A stretch of 64,000 bases of DNA from Deltaproteobacteria bacterium (GTDB taxonomy: Bacteria > Myxococcota > Myxococcia > SLRQ01). Each line of letters begins with the position of its first letter. Within the stretch, counting starts at the first letter, position 1. The position numbers and the translations under genes are program-made. The notes beneath the pieces are model-generated. The model searched no databases. It saw nothing but the letters and a program-made list of their open reading frames with translations, and was not told where the DNA came from. Location: NCBI GenBank assembly GCA_007130885.1, contig SLRQ01000042.1, forward strand, positions 1,232 to 65,231, read 5' to 3'. Shown in pieces: positions 19,116 through 29,218 of this stretch.

Positions 19116-21005
19116 ATGATGGAAAAGTGGAGGGCCGCTTACCCGGACAAATTCGTGCCCGAGAGCGACGTCTTCACAAAGATACGTAGAGGGGACCGTA
19201 TCTTTGTCAGTACGGCTTGCGGTGAGCCACAGTACCTGGTTGACCAACTCATGCGATATGTGGAGGCGCACCCCAAGGCATTTGCCGAAGCGGAAGTGTT
19301 TCAGATTTGGTCCCTCGGACTCGCGCCCTATGCGGATGAGAAGTTCACTTATAATTTTAGGCACAATACTTTTTTTGTGGGGCAGAGTGCGCGGGATGCC
19401 GTGAATCGAGGTGTAGCGGACTACACTCCTATTTTTCTCTCCAAGGTACCTCCTCTGATCGAGTCGGGTCGTATACCGATCGATGTGGCCTTGATCCAGG
19501 TGTCGCCGCCTGACAGAAATGGGTATTGCAGCCTGGGCATTAGTGTGGACATTACCAAGATCGCTCTCGAAAAAGCCGGCCTAGTGATCGCGCAGGTGAA
19601 TCCATGTATGCCTAGAGTTCATGGTGACACCTTTATTCATGTTGACAAGATCGATCACATGATCATTCACGAGGAACCGCTTCTCGAGTTTGCTCCCACA
19701 GTCACCGATGACATAGCCAATCAGATCGGAAAGTACGTAGCGAGGCTCATCCAAGATGGAGATACCCTGCAGGTTGGTTACGGCGCCATGCCGAATGCCA
19801 TCTTAGCTAATATCAAGGATAAGAAGCACCTCGGTGTTCACTCGGAGCTGTTGTCAGATTTGATGGTCGACCTCATTCAGCGTAAGGTTATAGACAACAG
19901 TCGAAAGAACATTGATCGAGGTAAGACAGTCGCGTCGTTCTGCATGGGGTCGAAGGAAACATACGATTTCATTGATGACAATCCAGCGATCGCATTTCGC
20001 ACCATTGACTACACGAATCATCCGCGAGTAATTTCCAGCATTCATAATCTTGCCGCCATCAATGCCGCGCTGCAAGTGGATCTTACCGGCCAGGCGTCAG
20101 CCGAATCAATCGGAGAAATATTCTTCAGTGGAATCGGTGGAAGCGCCGACTTTATGAGATCCGCAACCTTTGCTCCAGGTGGCAAAACCATTCTGGTGCT
20201 TCGCTCGACCGCGGATGATGAGAGGGTGTCTCGTATTGTTCCTTTTTTGGATCCAGGTGCCGGAGTAACCCTAAATCGAGGGGATATCCAATATATCGTG
20301 ACGGAGTACGGTATCGCATATATTCACGGTAAAAATATACGAGAGCGAGCCATGGCTCTCATAGCCGTGGCGCACCCCAAGTTTCGGCCATGGCTCATCG
20401 AGGAGGCCAAGTCACGCAATCTAATATACAAGGAACAGGCATTTATCCCAGGGAGAAAAGGAGAATATCCGGAGCACCTGGAAACGGTTAGAACTAGTGA
20501 AAAAGGTGTTGCATTGAGGCTTCGACCTGTTCGGATCAGTGATGACCCCTTGCTGAAGGATTTTTTCTATTCGTTATCAGACAGAAGTTTGAGAAGAAGA
20601 TTCATGTCCATGAGAATGGACATTCCGTACAAGCTGCGCCAGGAGTTTGTCGTCATCGATTATACCTCGGAGATGGTTATACTTGCCTGCGTCGGCAGTG
20701 AAGGCAGGGAAAAGGCTGTTGGGATGGGGCAGTTCATCAAGAACAAGACGACTTATACGGCGGAGGTCGCATTTGCAGTGCGCGATACCTTTCAGAATGC
20801 AGGCATCGGCACCGAGCTTCTGAAGTATCTTACTTTGCTTGCCAAGAACGAAGGGCTGCAAGGGTTCACGGCAGAAGTTCTCGCTGAAAACGAGCCTATG
20901 CTGCGGGTTTTCGAGAAGCTTTTCCCTGGCTTGCAGAAGCGACTCGAAGATGGTGATTACGAGTTGACAATGCCGTTTGGTGAGAGCGATGAAACACGAA
21001 AATGA
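19116..21005 (+). CDS. Acetyl-CoA hydrolase/4-hydroxybutyrate CoA-transferase family protein with C-terminal GNAT domain
   Basis: DVALIQVSPPD, GVHSE (catalytic Glu), GIGGSADF, VTEYGIA; C-terminal LRLRP...AEVAFAV...QNAGIGTELL...ENEPMLRVF GNAT. Confidence 0.88.
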   Translation: MMEKWRAAYPDKFVPESDVFTKIRRGDRIFVSTACGEPQYLVDQLMRYVEAHPKAFAEAEVFQIWSLGLAPYADEKFTYNFRHNTFFVGQSARDAVNRGVADYTPIFLSKVPPLIESGRIPIDVALIQVSPPDRNGYCSLGISVDITKIALEKAGLVIAQVNPCMPRVHGDTFIHVDKIDHMIIHEEPLLEFAPTVTDDIANQIGKYVARLIQDGDTLQVGYGAMPNAILANIKDKKHLGVHSELLSDLMVDLIQRKVIDNSRKNIDRGKTVASFCMGSKETYDFIDDNPAIAFRTIDYTNHPRVISSIHNLAAINAALQVDLTGQASAESIGEIFFSGIGGSADFMRSATFAPGGKTILVLRSTADDERVSRIVPFLDPGAGVTLNRGDIQYIVTEYGIAYIHGKNIRERAMALIAVAHPKFRPWLIEEAKSRNLIYKEQAFIPGRKGEYPEHLETVRTSEKGVALRLRPVRISDDPLLKDFFYSLSDRSLRRRFMSMRMDIPYKLRQEFVVIDYTSEMVILACVGSEGREKAVGMGQFIKNKTTYTAEVAFAVRDTFQNAGIGTELLKYLTLLAKNEGLQGFTAEVLAENEPMLRVFEKLFPGLQKRLEDGDYELTMPFGESDETRK

Positions 21006-23121
21006 GGATTCGATAAGACTTTTGTTCGAGCCGAGAAGTTTTGCTGTGATAGGTGCATCTCGAAACCCCAATAAGTTGGGCCATACTATCGTTCGTAATA
21101 TTGTCTCCGGAGGTTACCGAGGCAAGCTGCATCTTGTGAGTCCGTCCGGTGGTGAAATTTTTGGACTTCGAATCTCTCGGAGTATTGAAGAGATTGAGGA
21201 GGAGATCGATCAGGCGACTATAGTTATTCCGGCTAAGTTCGTGGTGGAGGCGGTCAGAGGTTGCGCGCAAAAAGGTGTCAAGTATGTTCAGATCATTTCA
21301 TCTGGTTTTTCCGAAGCGGGAAATACAAGGGATGAAGAGGAGGTAATGGCGATAGCGCGGGAGCACGGAATGCGTGTGCTGGGCCCGAACATGTTCGGCC
21401 TTTACTCCGCTGCGTCTTCCTTGAACTCCACCTTTTCCGCTACCGGTATCCTGCCCGGGCACGTGGCGATTTTGACGCAGAGCGGTGCATTGGGTGTTTC
21501 GCTGATTGGAAAGACTCTGGTCGAGAACATCGGATTGTCGGCAGTGGTTTCGCTCGGGAACAAGGCGGATGTGGATGAAGCGGACCTTCTTGGATATCTA
21601 GTCGATCAGGATCGAACGAGAGTCGTGCTGATGTACATAGAAGGGATTAGAAACGGTCAGCGGTTCAGCAAGGCTCTGATGCGTGCGACCGAGAAGAAGC
21701 CGGTGGTGGTCATCAGATCCGGCAGCTCGAAGCGAGGTGCTCAGGCAGCGGCTTCGCACACTGGTGCTCTGGCGGGATCCGACGAGGTGTTCGGCGCAAT
21801 AATGCGACAGTGCGGTGTCTTGCGAGCCGAGAGCATCGAGGAGGCTTTCAATTGGTGTAAGTTTCTTGCCTTTAGTCCAAGACCGAAGGAGAACCGAGCT
21901 GTCATTGTTACGAACGGAGGTGGGGTTGGAGTGCTTGCGGCGGACGCATGCGAGAAATACGGCGTGGAGCTGCTTGATGATCAGGAGGTTTTGAAACAGG
22001 TCTTCGAGCCGTCTACACCCTCCTTCGGTTCCACCAAGAACCCCGTGGACATAACCGGGAGTGCGGACTCGGTGGCATATGAAAAAGCACTGTCGGCCCC
22101 GGTAGGCAGCGACGTTATGGATGCTACTATCGCGCTTTACTGCGAGACGGCTACCTTCGACGCCGAGAACCTGGCTCCGATGATTCGAGAAACTCACCGG
22201 ATGCACATGCAGGCCGAGAAGCCGGTGACCTATGCGCTGATCGGTGGAGAGGCCGTCCAAGATGCCATATGGGCATTGAGAAAGGAGAGCGTTCCCGTAT
22301 TCAACGATGTCCATCCAGCCGTGTCGTGCTTGGGGGCTGCCAATTGGTACCACGATTACACCAGGGAGAAGAAAAGTCCGATAGAGGAAGCTGAAATTGA
22401 TGTGGAAGCCATTGATGGAGTTGTGAAGAAGGCACTTGCGGAAGGTAGGGAGTTCCTGTTGGCGCACGAGGCTACCGCAGTGATGAACTCGGCGGGCGTG
22501 CGCATGCCGCGAAGCAAGATAGTGCGCACCATTCCAGAAGCAGTGGAGGTGGCCCAGGAAATCGGGTGTCCGGTGGTAATGAAGATTGCTTCGCGGGACA
22601 TACTGCACAAGAGCGATGCGGGAGGTGTCGCTCTGGGCCTCGAGGATGAGAAGCAGGTAGTAGACGCTTATGAGGCAATCATTCAGAACTGCAAGGAGTA
22701 TAAGCCTGATGCCTCTATCGAAGGAGTCGAGGTTTGTGAGATGGTGCGGCCGGGAACCGAGTTCATTATCGGCGCTCGTAATGACGCGTCTTTCGGACCG
22801 ATTGTTATGTGCGGCCTTGGCGGCGTCTATGTTGAGGTTATGAAGGATGTCGTATTCCGGGGCCTTCCAGTGAGCAGCAGAGAGGTAATGAAGATGCTCG
22901 AGGAGATAAGGTCCTTTCCACTGCTGCTCGGAGTTCGAGGAGAACCTCGACGGGATATCCGTGGAGTCGTTGATACTGTAATTAGGGTTGGGACCATAAT
23001 CGCAAAATGCAGAAGCATTTCCGATATAGAACTCAATCCCATCGTGGTTTATGAGGAAGAGAAGGGCCTAATGGCGGTGGATGCCCGGGTATTGGTAGGG
23101 CGGCCGCGTAAGGGGAGTTGA
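20989..23121 (+). CDS. ADP-forming acetate/acyl-CoA ligase (fused alpha-beta; ACD/Pat-N-terminal family)
   Basis: VIGASRNPNKLG CoA-binding, GPN, QSGA, SHTGALAG with phospho-His, NPVD, ATP-grasp HKSDAGGV, ELNP. Confidence 0.88.
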   Translation: MKHENEDSIRLLFEPRSFAVIGASRNPNKLGHTIVRNIVSGGYRGKLHLVSPSGGEIFGLRISRSIEEIEEEIDQATIVIPAKFVVEAVRGCAQKGVKYVQIISSGFSEAGNTRDEEEVMAIAREHGMRVLGPNMFGLYSAASSLNSTFSATGILPGHVAILTQSGALGVSLIGKTLVENIGLSAVVSLGNKADVDEADLLGYLVDQDRTRVVLMYIEGIRNGQRFSKALMRATEKKPVVVIRSGSSKRGAQAAASHTGALAGSDEVFGAIMRQCGVLRAESIEEAFNWCKFLAFSPRPKENRAVIVTNGGGVGVLAADACEKYGVELLDDQEVLKQVFEPSTPSFGSTKNPVDITGSADSVAYEKALSAPVGSDVMDATIALYCETATFDAENLAPMIRETHRMHMQAEKPVTYALIGGEAVQDAIWALRKESVPVFNDVHPAVSCLGAANWYHDYTREKKSPIEEAEIDVEAIDGVVKKALAEGREFLLAHEATAVMNSAGVRMPRSKIVRTIPEAVEVAQEIGCPVVMKIASRDILHKSDAGGVALGLEDEKQVVDAYEAIIQNCKEYKPDASIEGVEVCEMVRPGTEFIIGARNDASFGPIVMCGLGGVYVEVMKDVVFRGLPVSSREVMKMLEEIRSFPLLLGVRGEPRRDIRGVVDTVIRVGTIIAKCRSISDIELNPIVVYEEEKGLMAVDARVLVGRPRKGS

Positions 23122-23122
23122 T

Positions 23123-24166
23123 ATGAAGCGGATCGTTTTTACTTCGACCAAAGCAAGCGCCGGCAAGACAAGCATGATATTGGGTGTCGCCGCCGCAAGG
23201 CCGACAACAAGCGCTTATATGAAGCCTTTCGGCGATAGGTTGATCTACAAGCGCAAGCGCAATTGGGATTACGATGCCAGTATACTGATGCCGATACTGG
23301 GGCAGGAAGACGAGCCCGAAAGAATTACGCTGGGATTCAATCATTCGAAGCTCAGGTACATATATGACGAGCACGGCGTGCGAGATAGCGTAGTGCGGAT
23401 GGCGGAAGAGGTGGGCGGAGAAAGAGAGTTGCTTCTCGTCGAAGGTGGTAAATCGCTTGCTTACGGCTCATCGGTCCATCTCGATGCGGTATCGATTGCC
23501 AAATACCTAAAGGCCACGTTGGTGATTGTGGCCAGCGGAGACAATGATGAGGTGTATGACGATATTGTGTTCATGCACAGGAACTTGGCCCTCGGGGATG
23601 TCGAGATAGGCGGCGTCATTGCCAATAAGGTGCCTGACGTCGACGATTTCGAGGCGGCCGTAGCACCTAGAGTGAGCGAGCTGGGAATTAATCTTCTTGG
23701 GGTCGTGCCGTTCAAGGAGCAGTTGACGCGGTTTTCGGTCAGGTTTCTAGCGGAACGGCTGTTCGCGCAAGTAATTGCCGGCGAAGACGGCTTGGATAAC
23801 GTGATCAAGCACACCTTCGTCGGTGCCATGTCGACCGAGGAGAGCCTGCGGCATCCGGTCTTCAAAAAAGAAAGCAAATTCTTGATAACCAGCGGTGACC
23901 GGAGCGACATGATCTTGGCGGCTCTTGAAGGTGACACCATCGGTATTCTCTTGACGAACAATCTGTTGCCACCCGCAAAGATTATCTCGATCGCCTCCGA
24001 CAAACAGGTTCCCTTACTGATGGTGTCCCAGGACACCCTACAGGTAGCCAAGCAACTCGAGGCCCTCGAAGCCTTGCCGATGGTGGAAGGTAAGGGCTCG
24101 ATTAATACTAAGGAGATGCTTGCCCGCTTGGTGAAGAAGTACGTAAGGCTCGAAGGTTTGACGTGA
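23123..24166 (+). CDS. BioD-like/DRTGG protein (phosphotransacetylase N-terminal-like, no PTA catalytic domain)
   Basis: SAGKT P-loop-like, YMKPFG, LLVEG, VGAM, ITSGDRSD (DRTGG). Confidence 0.85.
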   Translation: MKRIVFTSTKASAGKTSMILGVAAARPTTSAYMKPFGDRLIYKRKRNWDYDASILMPILGQEDEPERITLGFNHSKLRYIYDEHGVRDSVVRMAEEVGGERELLLVEGGKSLAYGSSVHLDAVSIAKYLKATLVIVASGDNDEVYDDIVFMHRNLALGDVEIGGVIANKVPDVDDFEAAVAPRVSELGINLLGVVPFKEQLTRFSVRFLAERLFAQVIAGEDGLDNVIKHTFVGAMSTEESLRHPVFKKESKFLITSGDRSDMILAALEGDTIGILLTNNLLPPAKIISIASDKQVPLLMVSQDTLQVAKQLEALEALPMVEGKGSINTKEMLARLVKKYVRLEGLT

Positions 24167-24267
24167 TCGGGCTTCAAGCCTTTAAGGGGGCGTGACGTTG
24201 ACACCAAGCCGATTGCCCGAGTAAGAGAGGGTCGTCAGTCTGACCCCACAGTGGAGCCGGGTGCTCG

Positions 24268-26070
24268 ATGATCAAGACGAAGCTATGGGTTTTTTGCGCC
24301 CTTGTGGTTGTTTTGGGCGGTGTAAATTTTTCGTATACCGCCAAGCAGCAACACCAATACCTGATTGAAAGATCGGAAGATTGGCTCAATTGGGGCGAGT
24401 CGAAGCTGGTTGAGCTTCAGAAAGTGGAGCACGAGGCTGCGTTGGAGCAAGTCAAGGCCGTGGCTGGGTTGCCCGCGGTTCAGCGTGCGGTCGCGCAGGC
24501 GAATCGGGCGGGGTCCGCCCCGGGTGCGGAGGCGCTTCAAGAACTCGTGGAGTCAGTGTGGACCGAGGATGGGGGAGAAGCTCAGCCAAGCCAAGTGTTC
24601 GTCGCCACGCCACACGGAGCGAGGATACTGGAAGCCGGAAAGATCGGCGAGAGCGTGTCTCCTCCGGAGGTGCCGGGGCTTCAGTCGGCACTCGATGGAG
24701 CGAACCAGGCCGGCATTCAGGTGTGGGACGGTGAGCTGGTGAGGGTCGCCGCGGCGACGGTAGAGGTGAGACGAGGAAACGGGGCTGTGCTGCTGCGGTT
24801 TCCGGTAGATGACGCATACGCGGGCAAGATGGCTGAAACCCTTGGAATGCAGGTTTCGATTACCTCCGCCGCCAGGGCGGTCGCCTCCAGCCTGTCGCCT
24901 GCCTTGGCTGCTGAGCTTGCGAGAGCCAATAGTCAAGCATCGGCGGGGGAGACCTTCTCGTTCGGCGAGAGAGATGACCTGGTCACCGATATCACCTCGC
25001 GTCTGTTGAACCTGGAGTCGGCCGCCGGTTACGGAAGGGCGGTGTCCATACCCGGCTCGGAGACCGCGATGGCCGTCATCTCGGTCGCGCCGAGCGAGCA
25101 GCTTGCCTCAATGGAGCGGTACCAGACGCGTCATGCCCTGGCTTTGGCCGGGTTGGTCGTTTTAAGCCTGGTGTGGGGCTTCTACCTTTCTTGGTCGGCG
25201 GGGAGACCCGCTCGAAGAATGGGGGTACAGGTAGGAAGAGTCGCAAACGGTGATTTGCAAGCACGTTTGGAGCCACAGGAGTTTCGTGGTGATTTCCGGC
25301 GTCTTGCCGAGCTTGTCAACGGCGCCATCGACCAGTCGTCGCGTGCAAGGTCGTTGAGACCTCACGGGGCAAGCAGGCGTGAAAAGTCGGATATCTCCAA
25401 TATTCTGGAGACGGATGCCAGGGCCTCCTCGGCCGAGAGTCCGGCCGTTGCCGCTCCCAAGAAGACAGCGTTTACCGAAAGCGAGCCGGACGCCGGCAAT
25501 CCGCCGTTCGATGACGCACCGCCGGTGGCGGCATTCGCGGAACCGGATGTGGGCCTTGCCGCCGAGCCGGCGGCCAAGGAAGAGCCGCCCGCCATGATGG
25601 AGCCGGAGGCGGAAGGGGTTACGGCCGTTGACGGGCGAGCTTCCGTGCATGGCGCAATCAGGGATGAGGAAGCACTGGAGCCTCAATCGCCGTCTTCAGA
25701 CCCGTTTTCGGCGGTGTTACCGCCGGCGGGTTTGGACGGGGAGGAAGAGCCTCCCTCGGATGCGACGGTGGTAGCCAGGGTTCCGGAAGCTCTTCTTCAG
25801 GCCACCGCGAGAGCGACCCGCGGGGGTTCCGCCGCCGCGGGCCCTCCCAGAGACCCGGACGATGCGCATTTTCGTGAGGTCTTCGAAGCATTCCTCGAGA
25901 CTCGTGAAGAGTGCGGCGAGCCGACCGAGAGCCTCACCTTCGAGAAGTTTGTCGTGAAGCTTCGCAAGAATCGTGATGCCATCAAGGAGAAGCACGGAGT
26001 TCGGAGCGTGCGCTTCCAGGTTCGCGTTAAGGAAGGAAGAGCGGCGCTAAAGGCGACGCCTATTCGCTGA
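24268..26070 (+). CDS. MXAN_5187-family membrane protein (TM-periplasmic-TM-HAMP-low complexity-conserved C-terminal domain)
   Basis: Two TM segments, HAMP-like region, Pro/Glu linker, C-terminal HFREVFEAFLETREECGE...LRKNR...VRFQVRVKEGRAALKATP recalled from myxobacterial proteins. Confidence 0.7.
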   Translation: MIKTKLWVFCALVVVLGGVNFSYTAKQQHQYLIERSEDWLNWGESKLVELQKVEHEAALEQVKAVAGLPAVQRAVAQANRAGSAPGAEALQELVESVWTEDGGEAQPSQVFVATPHGARILEAGKIGESVSPPEVPGLQSALDGANQAGIQVWDGELVRVAAATVEVRRGNGAVLLRFPVDDAYAGKMAETLGMQVSITSAARAVASSLSPALAAELARANSQASAGETFSFGERDDLVTDITSRLLNLESAAGYGRAVSIPGSETAMAVISVAPSEQLASMERYQTRHALALAGLVVLSLVWGFYLSWSAGRPARRMGVQVGRVANGDLQARLEPQEFRGDFRRLAELVNGAIDQSSRARSLRPHGASRREKSDISNILETDARASSAESPAVAAPKKTAFTESEPDAGNPPFDDAPPVAAFAEPDVGLAAEPAAKEEPPAMMEPEAEGVTAVDGRASVHGAIRDEEALEPQSPSSDPFSAVLPPAGLDGEEEPPSDATVVARVPEALLQATARATRGGSAAAGPPRDPDDAHFREVFEAFLETREECGEPTESLTFEKFVVKLRKNRDAIKEKHGVRSVRFQVRVKEGRAALKATPIR

Positions 26071-26139
26071 TAGGCGTCCGTGAGGGGTCGCGAGCAAAAG
26101 AATCCCCCGCAAGGTATTTCGAACCAAATTCGGCTTTGC

Positions 26140-26170
26140 TTGACGGCCTGTATGTATTGGGGCGTATAAT
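26140..26170 (+). promoter_or_regulatory. Possible sigma70 promoter
   Basis: TTGACG (26140-45) and a perfect TATAAT (26165-70); the 19-bp spacer is long. GGAGG RBS precedes ATG 26211. Confidence 0.45.
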
Positions 26171-26210
26171 CAAGCACTTTTTCACCACTAACCCTGGAGG
26201 AGGGGTTTTC

Positions 26211-29099
26211 ATGAACTCGACGTCATTTGCCCGATGGCTGCTCGTAATAGGCCTGGGCTTGCTTGTTGCCACCGGCTGCGGTTCGGACGAGCCGGCGGAA
26301 GAAGAATGTACAGTGGACGCTGACTGCGGTCCCGAGGATGAGTGGAACTGCGTGGATGGTGTTTGTGAGGCCGTGGAGGACATCTGCGCGGGCGTCACTT
26401 GTCCAGGCGGACAGACCTGTGATCCGGAAACGGGTGAGTGCGTCGGCGAGTGCTGCACCGAGCATACCTGCGCTGGAATACCTAACGCGGAGTGCGACGA
26501 AGAGAAGTGCTTGATGGACGACCCGAGTGTGGACCCCTGCGTCCTTCCGGAGTGTCCCGAGTGCGGCCCGAACGAGAGGTGCAACACGAACACCTTTGAG
26601 TGCGAGCCTGCTTGCTGGCGCCAGCATGACGGCTGCCCGGAGCCTTACCTGCGCTGCGAGGATGACCCTGACCATGAGTTTTACGGGCAGTGCGTGCAGC
26701 GCCCCGTTCGCGAGGGCGAGGTCGGTTGGCCATGCGCGGACGACCCAACGGTCTGCATCGAGGGTACCTGTATGGATCAGTTCCAGGACCCCGGGATAGC
26801 ATTCTGCTCGCTTGGCTGCAGCGACGACTCGCAGTGCCCGGTGGGCTCGTTCTGCGACCAGGGCTGGTGCTTCAACGCCTGCGACCCCGACGGCTATCAG
26901 GATTGCGCTCCCGGCACCCAGTGCATCGATGGAGGTACGAGGCTTCACATGTGTCTGCGAATCCTGCACGAAAGTGAGTGCGAGGAAGACTGCCTGCCGG
27001 CGTATTCCGAATGCGACCCGGACGTGGCGGATCAGTGCGAGGCCGGCCTTGCCTGCTTGGAGCTCACCGGCGGTTCGTTCTGTCAGAAGCTAAGCTGCCA
27101 CTATCTCGACGGCGGCTGCCCTGCCGGCGATAGATGCTTCAACCTCGGCATAAACCTCTCCGGCTGCTTCGAGGGCTGCGATCCCACCGAGGTCGAGGGT
27201 TGCACCGATCCAAACGCCGCCTGCATAGCCGAAGGACCAATCGTCGGCTCCAGGGACACCTTCATGCTGGCTCACTCCGAGTCAGACTGCACCGATCTCG
27301 GCTATGATGCTCTAGCCAACCCCACTGGCGCAAGCCACGCATACACCTGCTACGCTTCTTGCCCGGACGAAGGATGCCCAGGCGGGCAGTTCTGCTCCGA
27401 TATGGTGATGTTCCAGGGTGGAGATCCCATCGATGTTTGCGTTACCTACAGCACCGGCGAGGGAACCTGCGATGAGGGCGCATGCGCGGACATGGGATGC
27501 ACCGACCTTGGCACGCAGGACGGTACGCCCATAGCGGCCTGCTACCTCGGGTGTGATTCCGATGACGACTGCACCGACGGCGCCGGAGGCACCTGCCATC
27601 GCCTTACTTTCACCGGTGGCCAATCAATGCAGCTTTGCGTCTACCATTGGGACGACGGCTACTGTCTCTTCAGCTGCGAGGATGACGGCGAGGACTGTGG
27701 CTACTGCGAGAGCGATGCCGACTGCGGCACCTTCGAGGTCGCCATCGCGGGTGGTTCGACGACGGTCGCCGAGAAGTGCGATCACGCCACCAACACCTGC
27801 AGGAGGCCTACTACCGTCGATCAGATCGGAAGTCGCTGCCATACTGGTCAGGGTATGGACCCCGAGGGCATCGAGGACGCCGACGGCAACTTCAGCGGAG
27901 CTTGCGCGACGGAGTGCGAAGACGAGTTCGATTGCGCCGGTGGCGCATGCGTCGAGGTGGCTGGCGGTGACAAGTTCTGCAAGCCTGTTCCCACGGTGTG
28001 CAACATCATTACCGGGCAGTGCGAGCCTTTCTGCGATGAGAACGAGGACTGCATTCACGATGCTTGCATAGGCGACCGCTGCGAGGTGGCCTGTGAGGGC
28101 GACGTTGACGGCGAGTGCGGCAGCGACGGCGTTTGCTTCACGGATGAGGAGCAAAACTACTGCTTCATCGACTGCAACATCGCGGGCTGTCCCGATGGAA
28201 GCCAGTGTGATGAGGACAGCGGCATTTGCATCTTCGATGCGGAGTTCACCTCCCTCACGGCCGGCGATGTCGACCTTCTCGAGGAGGACGGCCTAGTCGT
28301 CACGACCGGCGCGGACGTGGAGTATGGCTGGGAGACGGAGAACGCCACTGGAGTCGTCGTTTACGGTGTTCCCTATGATGATGGCTGCCCCGACGCGGAT
28401 GACGAGAGCTGGGGGCATATGGAAGACTACGGCCCGTCAGGCTCCGATGTAGTCGCGATCCCAGGCAACCTTTGCACGATGGCGGTCGCTGAAGGCGAGC
28501 TGAAAAATGCCACCGTTATCTGGTGGGTCCTGACCGCGCCTTCCGTGGAAGCCGGTATTCTCGCGGCTGTCGAAGGAGAGCACGCGGACACCTACGAGGT
28601 CTTCCTACAGGTCGAGACACTGGGAGCCGTCGATTTGGACGTGGAGGCCGCGTACCTCGATGTAGACGGTGAGCTGGTAGGCGATGCCGAGATGGTGTGC
28701 GAGCTTGAAACCATCGAAGATGGCGTTCAAGAGTGCATGCATCTCGCCGACTTGATGGATGGGGACATCGTGGAGATTGCGTACACCGCTTACGCCTATG
28801 ATCTCGACGGAGATGAGAGCATCGACGCGGTGGCCTTGGTGGTCGATGAACTCGGAGACCTCTTGGAGGACTGCGTGGAAGACGCGCACTGCGATGCCGG
28901 CGAGTTCTGCAACGACGACTTCGAGTGCGAGCCCGAGGCCGAGCCCGACTGCACAATCGAAACGCAGGACGCCGATTGTGCCGGGCTTACTCCCTACTGC
29001 CATCCCGAAGACGGGATTTGCATGGAGGACTGTGTCGACGACGCCAACTGCGAAGAAGGCGAACAGTGCTTAGATGGCTCATGTGAACCGTTTGCCTAG
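26211..29099 (+). CDS. Large, highly acidic, Cys-rich lipoprotein of unknown function
   Basis: Lipobox LLVATG-C, many CxxDxDC-type modules, a Cys-poor beta-rich segment near the C-terminus, very high D/E content. Confidence 0.8.
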   Translation: MNSTSFARWLLVIGLGLLVATGCGSDEPAEEECTVDADCGPEDEWNCVDGVCEAVEDICAGVTCPGGQTCDPETGECVGECCTEHTCAGIPNAECDEEKCLMDDPSVDPCVLPECPECGPNERCNTNTFECEPACWRQHDGCPEPYLRCEDDPDHEFYGQCVQRPVREGEVGWPCADDPTVCIEGTCMDQFQDPGIAFCSLGCSDDSQCPVGSFCDQGWCFNACDPDGYQDCAPGTQCIDGGTRLHMCLRILHESECEEDCLPAYSECDPDVADQCEAGLACLELTGGSFCQKLSCHYLDGGCPAGDRCFNLGINLSGCFEGCDPTEVEGCTDPNAACIAEGPIVGSRDTFMLAHSESDCTDLGYDALANPTGASHAYTCYASCPDEGCPGGQFCSDMVMFQGGDPIDVCVTYSTGEGTCDEGACADMGCTDLGTQDGTPIAACYLGCDSDDDCTDGAGGTCHRLTFTGGQSMQLCVYHWDDGYCLFSCEDDGEDCGYCESDADCGTFEVAIAGGSTTVAEKCDHATNTCRRPTTVDQIGSRCHTGQGMDPEGIEDADGNFSGACATECEDEFDCAGGACVEVAGGDKFCKPVPTVCNIITGQCEPFCDENEDCIHDACIGDRCEVACEGDVDGECGSDGVCFTDEEQNYCFIDCNIAGCPDGSQCDEDSGICIFDAEFTSLTAGDVDLLEEDGLVVTTGADVEYGWETENATGVVVYGVPYDDGCPDADDESWGHMEDYGPSGSDVVAIPGNLCTMAVAEGELKNATVIWWVLTAPSVEAGILAAVEGEHADTYEVFLQVETLGAVDLDVEAAYLDVDGELVGDAEMVCELETIEDGVQECMHLADLMDGDIVEIAYTAYAYDLDGDESIDAVALVVDELGDLLEDCVEDAHCDAGEFCNDDFECEPEAEPDCTIETQDADCAGLTPYCHPEDGICMEDCVDDANCEEGEQCLDGSCEPFA

Positions 29100-29119
29100 T
29101 AAGTCACGATGAGTTGAGC

Positions 29120-29180
29120 CCGGGGCGCTTTGCGTCCCGGCAGCGCGGGCGCGTCCCAAACGGGCGCGCCCGTTCTGTTT
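29120..29180 (+). terminator. Double hairpin / intrinsic terminator between convergent genes
   Basis: ccggggcgc-ttt-gcgtcccgg, then gcgggcgcgtcc-caaac-gggcgcgcccgt followed by tctgttt. Confidence 0.6.
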
Positions 29181-29218
29181 AACCCTACCCCCAGGCTCTC
29201 CGCTTCAGGCCCTGCCCA

